56,102 nucleotides of DNA. It comes from Elusimicrobiota bacterium. GTDB taxonomy: Bacteria > Elusimicrobiota > Elusimicrobia > UBA1565 > UBA9628. Positions 1-11,801 of this stretch are shown one piece after another (position 1 is the stretch's first letter; the number at the start of each line of letters is the position of its first letter). The DNA is taken from NCBI GenBank assembly GCA_043745445.1, contig JAYTSX010000239.1, positions 1 through 56,102 on the forward strand. The letters are read 5' to 3'. Below the pieces are notes generated by a model. That model was not told where the DNA came from. It worked only from the letters and a program-made list of their open reading frames with translations, and searched no databases. The position numbers and the translations under genes are program-made.

Positions 1-200
1 GCTGTGGCGATGGCGCGGAAAGTCTGCCCCGGGGCATGCACGATCATTTCCGCTTTATGCGAGCGCTTCTCCACGAAAAGAAATGCCTGTCCCCAAACAA
101 TGTGATCGAAGTATTTCTGAGTCTTTCCCATTTTCTGCTGCACGTACTCGCGCAGAGCGGGCGTGATCTTGAGCTGCTTGGCCGTCAGTTGAATCTCCAT
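1..200 (-). CDS. hpf: ribosome hibernation promoting factor / RaiA family (5' part only; runs off the left edge)
   Basis: Not in the ORF track because there is no stop in the window. Reverse-complement from ATG at 200 reads MEIQLTAKQLKITPALREYVQQKMGKTQKYFDHIVWGQAFLFVEKRSHKAEMIVHAPGQTFRAIAT, matching the HPF/YfiA pattern (ITxALRExV..K..K...YFd.I, vEK..H). Confidence 0.8.
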   Translation of the reverse strand, partial: MEIQLTAKQLKITPALREYVQQKMGKTQKYFDHIVWGQAFLFVEKRSHKAEMIVHAPGQTFRAIAT

Positions 201-359
201 AGTTGCGAGATTCTAGCGCTTGGCCCTCGACCTGTCAACGAATGTGAGTCCGCAATGCGGCCGGATCAAGTTGACTCAAGAGAAGAGAAATTGATAGTAT
301 GAGCCTTCGTTCGGGGCGGTTTTCCCGGAGCGCGCGGCCGCATTGGCCGGATGTCCTAA

Positions 360-446
360 AAAAGATTGGTTGCGATATTAATAAACTCATAAATTATAAC
401 GATATATCCTGTGGATAACATAGTTATCCACATCTGTGAATAACCT
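360..446. promoter_or_regulatory. oriC-like element / dnaA autoregulatory region: AT-rich tract plus DnaA boxes
   Basis: Strongly AT-rich stretch at about 366-409 in an otherwise GC-rich window. It is followed by TGTGGATAA (410-418), TTATCCACA (424-432) and TGTGAATAA (435-443, 1 mismatch), directly abutting the dnaA GTG at 447. Confidence 0.6.
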
Positions 447-1796
447 GTGAAAATCGCCGAAGGGGTTGAGCTCTGGACCCAGACCGTGGAACGGCTGCGC
501 TCGGAAATCGGAGACGAAAATACCGAGCTCTGGCTAAAGCCCGTGGAAGCCCTTTCCTTGGAAGGAGGGGTCTTGATGCTCAAGGTCCCGAATAAGTTTT
601 TTTCTGACGGAATCAAGGAGCGTTACCAAAAGCGGCTGATCTCGCTGTTGCGTGATATCTCCGGATCCGAAATCGGCATCGACTTTCGCGTCGAACGCGA
701 TTTGACTCGCGTGCTTCCTCCCTCGGACCCGGTACCCGAGGCTTCCCCTCAATCTGACTTTCCCCTCTCAGAACTCAATCCCCGCTACACCTTCGACTCG
801 TTCGTCATCGGCGAATCAAATCGCCTCGCGCGCGCGACAGCGGAATCGATCTCGAAGAGCCCGGGCACGCAATACAACCCGTATGTGATCTACGGTGGCG
901 TCGGTCTCGGTAAAACCCATCTGATGCACGCCATCGGCAACTCGGTCCGCCGTTATCACCCGCGTGCACGCGTGCTGTACACGACCAGCGAACAGTTCGT
1001 CAATGATTTTATTGCCGCCGTACAGAACAACCAGATCGACGCGTTTCGTGCCCGCTTCCGCTCCCTTGACTGTCTTCTCATCGATGACATTCAGTTCCTG
1101 ATCGCCAAAGAGCGTTCCGAGCAGGAGTTCTTCCATACCTTCAACGCCCTCTTCGACTCCCGCAAGCAGATCGTTGTCAGTTCCGACCGGTCTCCCAAAG
1201 AAATGACGCCGCTCGAACAGCGTTTGATCTCCCGGCTCGAATGGGGCTTTGTCGCCGACATCAAGCCGCCGGACCTCGAGACACGCATCGCGATTCTGCG
1301 AAAAAAAGCCGCCCATGAGGGCTTTACCGCCCCTGACGACGTTATCCTCTTCATCGCCTCCTCGGTTAAGACCAATGTCCGGGCGTTGGAAGGTTGCCTC
1401 ATCCGCCTGAAGGCCTTCCAGGCCATGACCGGAGCCCCGTTGTCCGTCGATGACGCGCGCGACATCCTTAAGGACTCCATCACCGTGGATGACTCCTCTC
1501 CCGTAAGGGTTGAAACAATTCAGAGGGTTGTCTCTCTTAAATATTCCGTGGATGTAAAAGATCTCAAGGGCCACCAGCGCACGGTATCTATATCAATGCC
1601 GCGTCAGGTCGCAATGTACTTATCCTGCGTCATGACCGAACTCTCCTCGACCGATATCGGCAGGGCCTTTGGCGGGAAAGACCACTCCACGGTACTCCAT
1701 GCACGCAAGAAAATAGAAAAAAAGATCGAGGAAGATCCTTTTTTCCTGGAACTCATAAACAAACTGCAGTCAGACATCAAGGCAGCGGAGAGATGA
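447..1796 (+). CDS. dnaA: chromosomal replication initiator protein DnaA
   Basis: 449 aa. Walker A GGVGLGKTHLMHAIGN, box VII/sensor region and C-terminal DNA-binding helix motif (..GGKDHSTVLHARKKIE..). GTG start. Confidence 0.98.
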   Translation: MKIAEGVELWTQTVERLRSEIGDENTELWLKPVEALSLEGGVLMLKVPNKFFSDGIKERYQKRLISLLRDISGSEIGIDFRVERDLTRVLPPSDPVPEASPQSDFPLSELNPRYTFDSFVIGESNRLARATAESISKSPGTQYNPYVIYGGVGLGKTHLMHAIGNSVRRYHPRARVLYTTSEQFVNDFIAAVQNNQIDAFRARFRSLDCLLIDDIQFLIAKERSEQEFFHTFNALFDSRKQIVVSSDRSPKEMTPLEQRLISRLEWGFVADIKPPDLETRIAILRKKAAHEGFTAPDDVILFIASSVKTNVRALEGCLIRLKAFQAMTGAPLSVDDARDILKDSITVDDSSPVRVETIQRVVSLKYSVDVKDLKGHQRTVSISMPRQVAMYLSCVMTELSSTDIGRAFGGKDHSTVLHARKKIEKKIEEDPFFLELINKLQSDIKAAER

Positions 1797-1866
1797 TGAA
1801 TAAAACATTGTCATCCTGTGAACAACTTGTGTACGCCTGCCGGCAACTGGGGATGGCTCATCAAAC

Positions 1867-1903
1867 TGTGGATGGTGTGGATAACTCTCTATGGTTATCC
1901 ACA
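1867..1903. promoter_or_regulatory. second DnaA-box cluster in the dnaA-dnaN spacer
   Basis: TGTGGATGG (1867-1875, 2 mismatches), perfect TGTGGATAA (1876-1884) and perfect TTATCCACA (1895-1903). Confidence 0.6.
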
Positions 1904-1981
1904 ACGTCGATCTGTTTTTTCTCTGGGGGAAATCCCGTTATGCACCGTGTCCCCCGCTCGATGAAGGAGAGGATGATTTAA

Positions 1982-3100
1982 ATGAAAATAACCATCAGCA
2001 AGGAAGAGCTGGCACGGGGGGTCCAAACGATCCAATCCGCGCTATCAAGCCGAACCACCCTTCCAATCCTTTTGAATTTTCTTATCGAGACGGAAGATAA
2101 GAAAGTAAAGGTCATATCAACAGACCTTGAAATGGGCGTTAAGCACTATATTAAGGCGGAAATTGAAACGGACGGGTCCATTACCATTCCCGCCAAAAAG
2201 TTCGCTGACATCCTTCATAGCCTTCCCGAAGCTCAGGATATTGAGCTTACCGTGGATGCCGGAGGAAAAATTTCATTAAAGTGCGGACGATCCCGGTTTG
2301 GAATCGTCGGTTCTCCTAAGTCCGAGTATCCAGTTCTTCCTGAATTCAATAAAGCATCCTCTTTTGAGCTTCCGGCCGGAGTCGTTGCCGGAATGATCAA
2401 GAAGACAATATTTGCGGCTTCCTCCGATGAAACCCGTCACGTCCTTAATGGTGTGTTCTGGTCCGCAAAGAAGGGTGTCTTGGAGATGGTTTCAACGGAT
2501 GGTCGGCGCCTCGCGGTATGCGCTAAAAAAATAATTCCCAAAGACAAGGAATTTTCAGTCATTGTGCCCACGAAGGTTTTGTCTGAGTTGCTGAGGCTCG
2601 TGACTTTGCTTGAAATAGAAGAAAATGGCGACGAGAAGATTCTTGTCGCCGTTACGGAAAACCAGATCACTTTTCAGCTTAAGGATACGACGATTTTATC
2701 GCGTCTAGTGGGCGGGGCGTTTCCTAACTACGACCAGGTTATTCCGACCAAGAGAGAGGTTATATTCACGGCTGCGACCAAAGACTTGCTCGCAGTAACC
2801 AAACGGGCCTCCTTATGCGCCGTGGACCGGGGCGGATCGGTGAAGTATGCGCTTAAGAAAGGGGCGCTGCATGTGACCTCCTCCAGCCAAAATAATGAAT
2901 TTAACGAGGATCTTTCCGTTGAGTACGGAGGAGCTGATTTCTCGGTGGCATTTAATCCTCAATTCGTGGTGGATGCCTTAAAGCATGTCGATACGGATAA
3001 GGTGACCGTGGCGATGACGAGTCCCGTCAACCCGGCGCTGTTTGAGCCTGTCGGCGGAGACGGTGAGTATAAATTTGTCGTCATGCCGATGAGGTTGTAA
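1982..3100 (+). CDS. dnaN: DNA polymerase III beta sliding clamp
   Basis: 372 aa. Typical DnaN N-terminus (MKITISKEELARGVQTIQSALSSRTTLPILLNFLIE) and C-terminus (..FEP....YKFVVMPMRL). Conserved position after dnaA. Confidence 0.97.
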   Translation: MKITISKEELARGVQTIQSALSSRTTLPILLNFLIETEDKKVKVISTDLEMGVKHYIKAEIETDGSITIPAKKFADILHSLPEAQDIELTVDAGGKISLKCGRSRFGIVGSPKSEYPVLPEFNKASSFELPAGVVAGMIKKTIFAASSDETRHVLNGVFWSAKKGVLEMVSTDGRRLAVCAKKIIPKDKEFSVIVPTKVLSELLRLVTLLEIEENGDEKILVAVTENQITFQLKDTTILSRLVGGAFPNYDQVIPTKREVIFTAATKDLLAVTKRASLCAVDRGGSVKYALKKGALHVTSSSQNNEFNEDLSVEYGGADFSVAFNPQFVVDALKHVDTDKVTVAMTSPVNPALFEPVGGDGEYKFVVMPMRL

Positions 3101-3195
3101 TCACGGAAAAAGAGAAGCCCGGGCGCTGGTCGACATCAGGGGACCTGGTTAAGAGCTTTACGTACCGTGCAGGAACCGTCAACGATAAACTGACG

Positions 3196-3402
3196 TTGTT
3201 AAATGCCGTGTGGGACAAGGAATGCGGCGCCTATTCGAAGTATTGGGCGTTAGTGGCCGTTAAGAAAGGGACATTATTCGTTCGTCCGAAGAGCGCGGCA
3301 GCGGCCCAAGAGCTTCAGATGAGATCTGGAGTGCTGATTAAAGCTCTTAATAAGTATTTTAGCCGTCCGTGGATCGTTGCCGTCAAGACGACTTATCGTT
3401 AA
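3196..3402 (+). CDS. DUF721 / DciA-like small protein (start uncertain)
   Basis: 68 aa from TTG 3196. The W..ecG......a..v..kkGtLfV...saaaaqEL pattern is typical of DUF721, and the position between dnaN and gyrB is conserved. The frame is open back to 3073, and the upstream in-frame peptide (..SGDLVKSFTYRAGTVNDKLTLL) also looks DUF721-like but has no ATG/GTG/TTG. Confidence 0.6.
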   Translation: MLNAVWDKECGAYSKYWALVAVKKGTLFVRPKSAAAAQELQMRSGVLIKALNKYFSRPWIVAVKTTYR

Positions 3403-3441
3403 TTATATTTAGAGGCACGACCGTCGATGTTTCCGGTTTAA

Positions 3442-6009
<2,568 letters not shown>

Positions 6010-6015
6010 CGAATA

Positions 6016-6045
6016 GGTGTCAGGCTTACCGGTAAGCCTGACACC
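6016..6045. repeat. perfect 30-bp palindrome GGTGTCAGGCTTACC/GGTAAGCCTGACACC; short copy of the repeat at 44182-44273
   Basis: Read directly. Located 7 nt after the gyrB stop, with no T-tract. The core GGTGTCAGGCTTACCGG...CCGGTAAGCCTGACACCAAG is shared with the 44.2-kb locus. Confidence 0.85.
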
Positions 6046-6102
6046 AAGCGTCCAAGTTCGCTATCGTTTGAATTTAAACTTTTAAGTTAATCGGAGAAGA
6101 CC

Positions 6103-8616
6103 ATGAGCAAACCCGACAATCAGCCGGATATTACTCCCGAACCCATCGGTAATATTTTTCAGCGCGACCTTGGCGCCGAGATGCGCGGCTCATATCTTGA
6201 CTATTCAATGTCGGTGATCGTCGGGCGTGCTCTGCCCGATGTGCGCGACGGCCTCAAGCCCGTACATCGCCGCATTCTTTACGCGATGCATGATGAGGGC
6301 CTCGCTTCGAACAAGAAGTACTCGAAGTGCGCCGGCGTCGTCGGTGAAGTGCTCAAAAAGTATCATCCGCACGGCGATTCCGCCGTGTATGACGCGATGG
6401 TGCGCATGGTTCAGGAGTTCTCTCTGCTTCACCCTCTGATCGACGGGCAAGGAAACTTCGGGTCCGTCGACGGAGACCCCGCGGCGGCTTATCGTTATAC
6501 GGAGGCCCGCCTCGCCAAGATCGCCGAAGAGGTCATGGCCGACATCGATCAGGACACGGTTGATTTCACCGCCAATTTCGATGGTACGACGACCGAACCG
6601 AGCGTTATGCCCGCAAAAGTTCCGAACCTTCTCGTCAACGGTTCTTCCGGAATTGCGGTCGGCATGGCGACCAACATCCCTCCGCACAACCTCTCCGAGG
6701 TATGTGAGGCGGCGATAACCCTCATTAAGGATCCGAAGATCGAGAGCAAAGAGCTCATGAAGATCATCAAAGGCCCCGACTTCCCCACCGGCGGCATCGT
6801 GCGGGGCAAGGCGGGAATTAGGGACTACTTTGAGACCGGCCGCGGCTCTGTGCGTATCCAGTCGAAAACCAACATCGAAGATATTAAAGGCAACCGCCAG
6901 GCGATCATCATCGACGAGCTTCCCTACCAGGTCAACAAGGCGACCTTACTTGAAACCATCGCCGACCTCGTGCGCGACAAGAAGATTCCCGACATCTCCG
7001 ACATCCGCGATGAGTCCGACCGCACCGGCATGCGCGTGGTCATTGAAATCAAGCGCGACGGCAACGCGAATGTGGTCTTAAACCAGCTGCTGAAGCACAC
7101 GCAGATGGAAACGACCTTCGGCGTGATTCTTCTTTCTCTTGTCGACGGCCGCCCGAGAGTATTGGGCGTGCGCGACATGCTTGGTCACTTCATTCAGCAT
7201 CGCAAGGTCGTCGTCACGCGCCGCACGAAGTTCCAGCTGCGCAAGTGCCTGGATCGCGCCCACATCCTGGAAGGCCTGATCACCGCGATCAAGAATATCG
7301 ACCGCGTCATCAAGATCATTCGCGCCGCTAAAGACACGGACAGCGCCCGCGTCGAGTTGATGGAAGCCTTCGAGCTGTCGAAGGCTCAGACGAACGCCAT
7401 CCTCGAGATGCGCCTTGCCAGCCTGACGAAGCTGTCGGTCGGCGACCTTCAAGAGGAGTATGACGGCTTGGTCAAGAAAATCGCGGAGTATAAGGCGATC
7501 TTGGCGGACATCAAGAAGGTTTACGCGATTGTCATCGATGAGCTTGAGGGTGTCAAGAAAGCCTTCGGCAAGCCTCGCCAGACCCAGATCACGACTGAGG
7601 CGGCCGAGATGTCCCTCGAGGACCTGATCCAGAAGGAAAATGTCGTCATCTCCCTCTCGAACACGGGGTATGTTAAGCGTATTCCTGTCGCGACCTACGT
7701 CGCTCAAGGACGCGGCGGTAAGGGCATCACCGGCGCGGACGTTAAGGAAGAAGATTTCATCGAACACTTCTTCGTCACCGACACGCACGCCGCGCTGCTG
7801 TTCTTCACAAACCGAGGCCGCGTATTCGCGCTGAAGGCGTACGAGATTCCTGAGGGCAACCGCACCTCTCGCGGCAAGGCCGTGGTGAATCTTCTCGCCC
7901 TGACCGGCGAGGAAAAAGTGACTTCCGCGATCGCCATATCTTCATTCGAGGAAAAGAAAGGTCAGGAAACCTTCTTGGCGATGGCGACGCGCAACGGCAC
8001 TGTTAAAAAGACGCCGTTGTCTGACTTCGAGAACATCCGCAGAAGCGGAATTATCGCCATCACTCTGGATGAAGGCGATGTGCTTGTCGAGGTTCAGCAT
8101 ACCTCGGGCAAGGACGAACTGCTTGTCGCCACCAAGGACGGAATGGTCATTCGCTTCCCGGAAAGCGACATCCGCTCAATGGGTCGGGGAGCCGCCGGCG
8201 TGCGCGGCATCCGCGTGGACAAGGAAGACAAGGTCGTGGGCATGGAAGTCTTTCCTCCCAACACGAAGAAGACCTTGTTGACGGTGTGTGAGCACGGCCA
8301 CGGCAAGCGCACGGAACTTTCCGAGTACCGTGGTCAGCATCGCGGCGGCGGCGGCATCATTACGATTAAAACGACGGACCGCAACGGCTCCGTGATCGGC
8401 GTCAAGCTCGTGACCGACGACGACGATCTGATGGTGATGACTGAGCAGGGCAAGGCGATTCGCCTGCGCTGCAAAGACATTAAGACCATTTCGCGCAACA
8501 CTCAGGGCGTGCGCCTTGTGCGCCTTGATGAGGTTGATAAGGTGGCGCGCGTCGCTCCGATCGCGACGGAACCGCCTGTCAGCCCCGAACTCCCGATCGA
8601 CGGCGGCAAGAAGTGA
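6103..8616 (+). CDS. gyrA: DNA gyrase subunit A
   Basis: 837 aa. [30 protein letters not shown], active-site [12 protein letters not shown]-terminal beta-pinwheel repeats. Confidence 0.98.
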   Translation: MSKPDNQPDITPEPIGNIFQRDLGAEMRGSYLDYSMSVIVGRALPDVRDGLKPVHRRILYAMHDEGLASNKKYSKCAGVVGEVLKKYHPHGDSAVYDAMVRMVQEFSLLHPLIDGQGNFGSVDGDPAAAYRYTEARLAKIAEEVMADIDQDTVDFTANFDGTTTEPSVMPAKVPNLLVNGSSGIAVGMATNIPPHNLSEVCEAAITLIKDPKIESKELMKIIKGPDFPTGGIVRGKAGIRDYFETGRGSVRIQSKTNIEDIKGNRQAIIIDELPYQVNKATLLETIADLVRDKKIPDISDIRDESDRTGMRVVIEIKRDGNANVVLNQLLKHTQMETTFGVILLSLVDGRPRVLGVRDMLGHFIQHRKVVVTRRTKFQLRKCLDRAHILEGLITAIKNIDRVIKIIRAAKDTDSARVELMEAFELSKAQTNAILEMRLASLTKLSVGDLQEEYDGLVKKIAEYKAILADIKKVYAIVIDELEGVKKAFGKPRQTQITTEAAEMSLEDLIQKENVVISLSNTGYVKRIPVATYVAQGRGGKGITGADVKEEDFIEHFFVTDTHAALLFFTNRGRVFALKAYEIPEGNRTSRGKAVVNLLALTGEEKVTSAIAISSFEEKKGQETFLAMATRNGTVKKTPLSDFENIRRSGIIAITLDEGDVLVEVQHTSGKDELLVATKDGMVIRFPESDIRSMGRGAAGVRGIRVDKEDKVVGMEVFPPNTKKTLLTVCEHGHGKRTELSEYRGQHRGGGGIITIKTTDRNGSVIGVKLVTDDDDLMVMTEQGKAIRLRCKDIKTISRNTQGVRLVRLDEVDKVARVAPIATEPPVSPELPIDGGKK

Positions 8617-8626
8617 GGCAAGCGGA

Positions 8627-9148
8627 TTGAAGCGGGCTGTTCCCGCGCTGATCCTGACGCTCGCGACCCTTTGGGCCGCGAGCGTCAGGGCCGAGCTTTT
8701 GCTTGAGGCGGTTTCTTGGCAGCGTGCCCGTGTCTCCGGCGCGCGCGTGGTCGCTTGGGAGGACATCGGCCAGATCATCGACGGACCTCCGAAGCTCGAC
8801 GCCCGTTTGCGCGCGCGGCTGACGCTGAAGAACCGAGGGCCGGTCGCGGCCGAGGGCATCCTGCTGCGTTACAGCATGACGGGGCGCGTGGCGCCTATTG
8901 CCGGTGAGAAGCCTGAGACCGCTTGGGCGATTCCTTTCATGGTCGACGAGAAGCGTGTGCCGAAAGTCGGGCCGAATATGACGCAGGACGTTTTTCTGAC
9001 GACCTCTCCCGCCCTGGAACTTTATCTGGCTAAGCTCGCGCGCGCTGGATGGTGGGCGGACCGCATGAAGCTCCAGGTGAGGATCGAGCCGCATCCCGGC
9101 GAGGTCGCCGTGCGTTCGCTTGAGAGCGTGCTTGAGGTCTCCAAATGA
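8627..9148 (+). CDS. hypothetical secreted protein
   Basis: The track ORF 8516-9148 overlaps the gyrA 3' end. I trimmed it to the in-frame TTG 8627, giving MKRAVPALILTLATLWAASVRA (signal peptide). ATGA overlap with the serS start. No recognisable motif. Confidence 0.55.
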   Translation: MKRAVPALILTLATLWAASVRAELLLEAVSWQRARVSGARVVAWEDIGQIIDGPPKLDARLRARLTLKNRGPVAAEGILLRYSMTGRVAPIAGEKPETAWAIPFMVDEKRVPKVGPNMTQDVFLTTSPALELYLAKLARAGWWADRMKLQVRIEPHPGEVAVRSLESVLEVSK

Positions 9149-10446
9149 TTGATCTCGGCGGCGCGCGTAAAAACAACGCCGGCGTTCGCCAGGCGCTCTC
9201 ATCGCGCAATCCCAAGTTCGGCGTCGTCTTCGACGAACTTCTCAAGCTCGACGAAGGCCACCGCGCGCTCATGATCGAGGTCGAGGCGATGCGCGCGCAG
9301 CGAAATGCCGCCTCTCAGCAGATTGGCAAGGCCATGGCCGCCAAGGATGCGGCCACCGCCGATAAGCTCAAGGCCGAGGTGTCCGAGCTTAAGACGCGCA
9401 TGACCGAAAAAGAAGCCGCGCTGCTGGTCTCTGAGAAACTCATCCGGGATGCGGCGATGGTTATCCCTAACATTCCCCACTCTTCCGTTCCTGTCGGCAA
9501 GGACGAAACCGAAAACCCGGTCATCCGAACTTCCGGTCAACCGCGCCAATTTGATTTCAAAGCGCTGGATCATCAGACCGTCGCCGAAAAGCTCGGAGCG
9601 CTCGACATGAAGACGGGCGTTAAGCTCGCGGGTTCTCGCTTCGCTCTCTGGCAGGGGCCGGGGGCCAAGCTCCTACGCGCGCTCGGCAACTTCCTGCTTG
9701 ATCGCCATGAGAAGAGCGGCTATCTTGAGGTTCATCCCCCGTATCTCGCTCTGCCTGAAATCCTCGAGGGCACGAGCCAACTGCCTAAGTTCGAAGCGGA
9801 CATGTACAAGACCGTGAATGTCGAGGGCGATAAGACAAGCACTCTTTACCTGATTTCGACCTCCGAGATCGTTCTGACGAACATGGTCCGGGAGGAAATT
9901 CTTCCCGCTGAGAAACTCCCGATGAAACTGACGGCGTTGACCGCCTGCTTTCGTCAGGAGGCCGGCACCTACGGCAAGGACGTCCGCGGCGTCATTCGCA
10001 ATCATCAATTCGATAAAGTCGAACTGGTCTGGATCACGAAGCCGGAAGATTCGCTTGCCGCACTCGAGCAACTGACCATAGACGCGGCCGGGACCCTCGA
10101 GGCCTTGGAGCTTCCGTACCGGGTGATTCATCTGTGCACGGGCGACATGGGATTTGCCGCACAGAAGACCTACGATATCGAAGTCTGGATGCCGTCGGAG
10201 AACAAGTACCGCGAAATCTCATCTTGCTCCGACTGCTCCGACTTTCAGGCGCGACGCATGCAGGCTCGTTTCCGCCGCGACGCGAAAGCTCCGGCCGAGC
10301 TCGTCCATACCTTGAACGGCTCCGGCGTGGCCGTGGGGCGTCTGGCCGCTTCGATTCTCGAGAACAATCAACAGGCCGATGGCTCTGTTCTCATTCCGCG
10401 GGTGCTCGTCCCGTATTTTGGCGCCGAGCGGATCGCGGTCCCCTGA
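9145..10446 (+). CDS. serS: seryl-tRNA synthetase
   Basis: 433 aa. N-terminal coiled-coil arm; class II motifs (..FRQEAG..GKDVRGVIRNHQFDKVE.., GSGVAVGRLAASILENNQ). Confidence 0.95.
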   Translation: MIDLGGARKNNAGVRQALSSRNPKFGVVFDELLKLDEGHRALMIEVEAMRAQRNAASQQIGKAMAAKDAATADKLKAEVSELKTRMTEKEAALLVSEKLIRDAAMVIPNIPHSSVPVGKDETENPVIRTSGQPRQFDFKALDHQTVAEKLGALDMKTGVKLAGSRFALWQGPGAKLLRALGNFLLDRHEKSGYLEVHPPYLALPEILEGTSQLPKFEADMYKTVNVEGDKTSTLYLISTSEIVLTNMVREEILPAEKLPMKLTALTACFRQEAGTYGKDVRGVIRNHQFDKVELVWITKPEDSLAALEQLTIDAAGTLEALELPYRVIHLCTGDMGFAAQKTYDIEVWMPSENKYREISSCSDCSDFQARRMQARFRRDAKAPAELVHTLNGSGVAVGRLAASILENNQQADGSVLIPRVLVPYFGAERIAVP

Positions 10447-10448
10447 TT

Positions 10449-10862
10449 ATGACCAAGGGCATCCAAAAACTCGACGCCGTCGTGGCCAAGCTCCTGGGTC
10501 CGAAGGGCTGCCCTTGGGACCGCGAGCAGACGCACAAGAGCCTGATTCCCTTTCTGCGCGAGGAATCGCTTGAGCTCGCCGAGGCGCTCAAAGGTGGGCG
10601 TTGGCATGAGATCGAGGACGAGTTGGGCGACATCCTTTTCCATGTTCTCTTCCACGCGCGCCTGGGTAAAAAGCGCTTCAATTTCAATACGATCGCCGAT
10701 AGCCAAGCGCGCAAGCTCATGCGCCGGCACCCTCACGTGTTCGGGCGCACGCGGACTTTCAAGAATTCAAAGGAAGTCCTCGCTAATTGGAAGACGATCA
10801 AGGCCGGCGAACGCGCATTGCGCACGCAGGAAGTCGCCGCGCGCAATCGGAGGTCTCGCTAA
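10449..10862 (+). CDS. mazG: MazG-type nucleoside triphosphate pyrophosphohydrolase
   Basis: Internal ATG of track ORF 10134-10862, 2 nt after the serS stop. MTKGIQKLDAVVAKLLGPKGCPWDREQTHKSLIPFLREESLELAEAL....EDELGDILFHV..RHPHVF is the MazG EExxE/D signature. Confidence 0.85.
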   Translation: MTKGIQKLDAVVAKLLGPKGCPWDREQTHKSLIPFLREESLELAEALKGGRWHEIEDELGDILFHVLFHARLGKKRFNFNTIADSQARKLMRRHPHVFGRTRTFKNSKEVLANWKTIKAGERALRTQEVAARNRRSR

Positions 10863-11801
10863 ATGTTTTTCGAGGGGCCGGAAAAAAAGGTGGAGCTCGC
10901 GATGGTCGCGGGGCTCCCATCTCTGCGGGCCCGAGGCCATGATTATTGGAAGGGAATCGTCGCCAAGGCGAATGCCCAAGTTCTTTCCACGATTTCCAAT
11001 GAATCCATGGATGCGTATCTGCTGTCGGAGTCGAGCCTGTTCGTCACTGACACCTGGCTGACGATGATCACTTGCGGCCGCACGGATCTGGTCGCCGCCG
11101 TCATCGGGCTCGTCGACGATTTCGGCACGGACGCATTCCAATATCTCGTTTACGAGCGTAAAAACGCGCATCACCAGGAATACCAGCCTTCAAACTTCTT
11201 CGACGACTGTCGCCGCTTGACCGACCGCATGCCGGCGAAGTCATATCGTTTTGGAGACGGGGACGATCATCATGTTTTTCTTTTCCATCTCGATAAACCC
11301 TATGCGCCGGTTGCGGAGGATTTGACGCTGGAGATCCTGATGCATGGGATCGATCCGCAGGCGTCTCGCGTCTTCATGAGCGGCCCCGCCCGCAAAAAGG
11401 ATTTTATCAAGGAGAAATCCGGCGTCTGGTCTATTCTTCCGGGATTCCAGGTGGACGATTACCTTTTCGAGCCGATGGGCTACTCGCTCAACGCGATTCG
11501 CGGCTCCAAGTATTACACGATTCATGTGACGCCGCAGAAAATCGGTTCGTATGTGAGCTTTGAGACGAACGCGGTCGAAGGAGACGCGAACGAGACGGTC
11601 ACGCGCGTGCTTGAGCTCTTTAAGCCGCAATCCTGCGATGTAATTCTCTTCCAGCCGCAGACCTCGCGCCAAAAGATCCGCTGCTACTATCCGATCAAGC
11701 GGGCGGTTCGCCAAAATCTGTCCTGCGGCTATCGCGTGACCTTTGATCATCATTTCAAACCCGTCGAAGGGGCGGCCCCGGCCGTGGAGATCGTGCTGTG
11801 A
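10863..11801 (+). CDS. speD: S-adenosylmethionine decarboxylase proenzyme, eukaryote-type (class 2-like)
   Basis: 312 aa. FFEGPEKKVE, autoprocessing-site context AYLLSESSLFV, ITCGRT, TLEILM, FEPMGYSLN, YYTIHVTPQKIGSYVSFETN, FKP. These are collinear with the hallmark blocks of human/yeast AdoMetDC. Confidence 0.85.
   Translation: MFFEGPEKKVELAMVAGLPSLRARGHDYWKGIVAKANAQVLSTISNESMDAYLLSESSLFVTDTWLTMITCGRTDLVAAVIGLVDDFGTDAFQYLVYERKNAHHQEYQPSNFFDDCRRLTDRMPAKSYRFGDGDDHHVFLFHLDKPYAPVAEDLTLEILMHGIDPQASRVFMSGPARKKDFIKEKSGVWSILPGFQVDDYLFEPMGYSLNAIRGSKYYTIHVTPQKIGSYVSFETNAVEGDANETVTRVLELFKPQSCDVILFQPQTSRQKIRCYYPIKRAVRQNLSCGYRVTFDHHFKPVEGAAPAVEIVL

Noticed and set aside
36-302. 88-aa + strand ORF at the left edge
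   Set aside because: It lies antisense to a much more convincing partial hpf/RaiA reading frame (1-200, minus) and has no recognisable motifs.
1793-2100. Two short + ORFs (62 and 69 aa) in and around the dnaA-dnaN spacer
   Set aside because: They span the DnaA-box cluster and overlap the dnaN start. No SD and no motifs. The region is better explained as regulatory or origin DNA.
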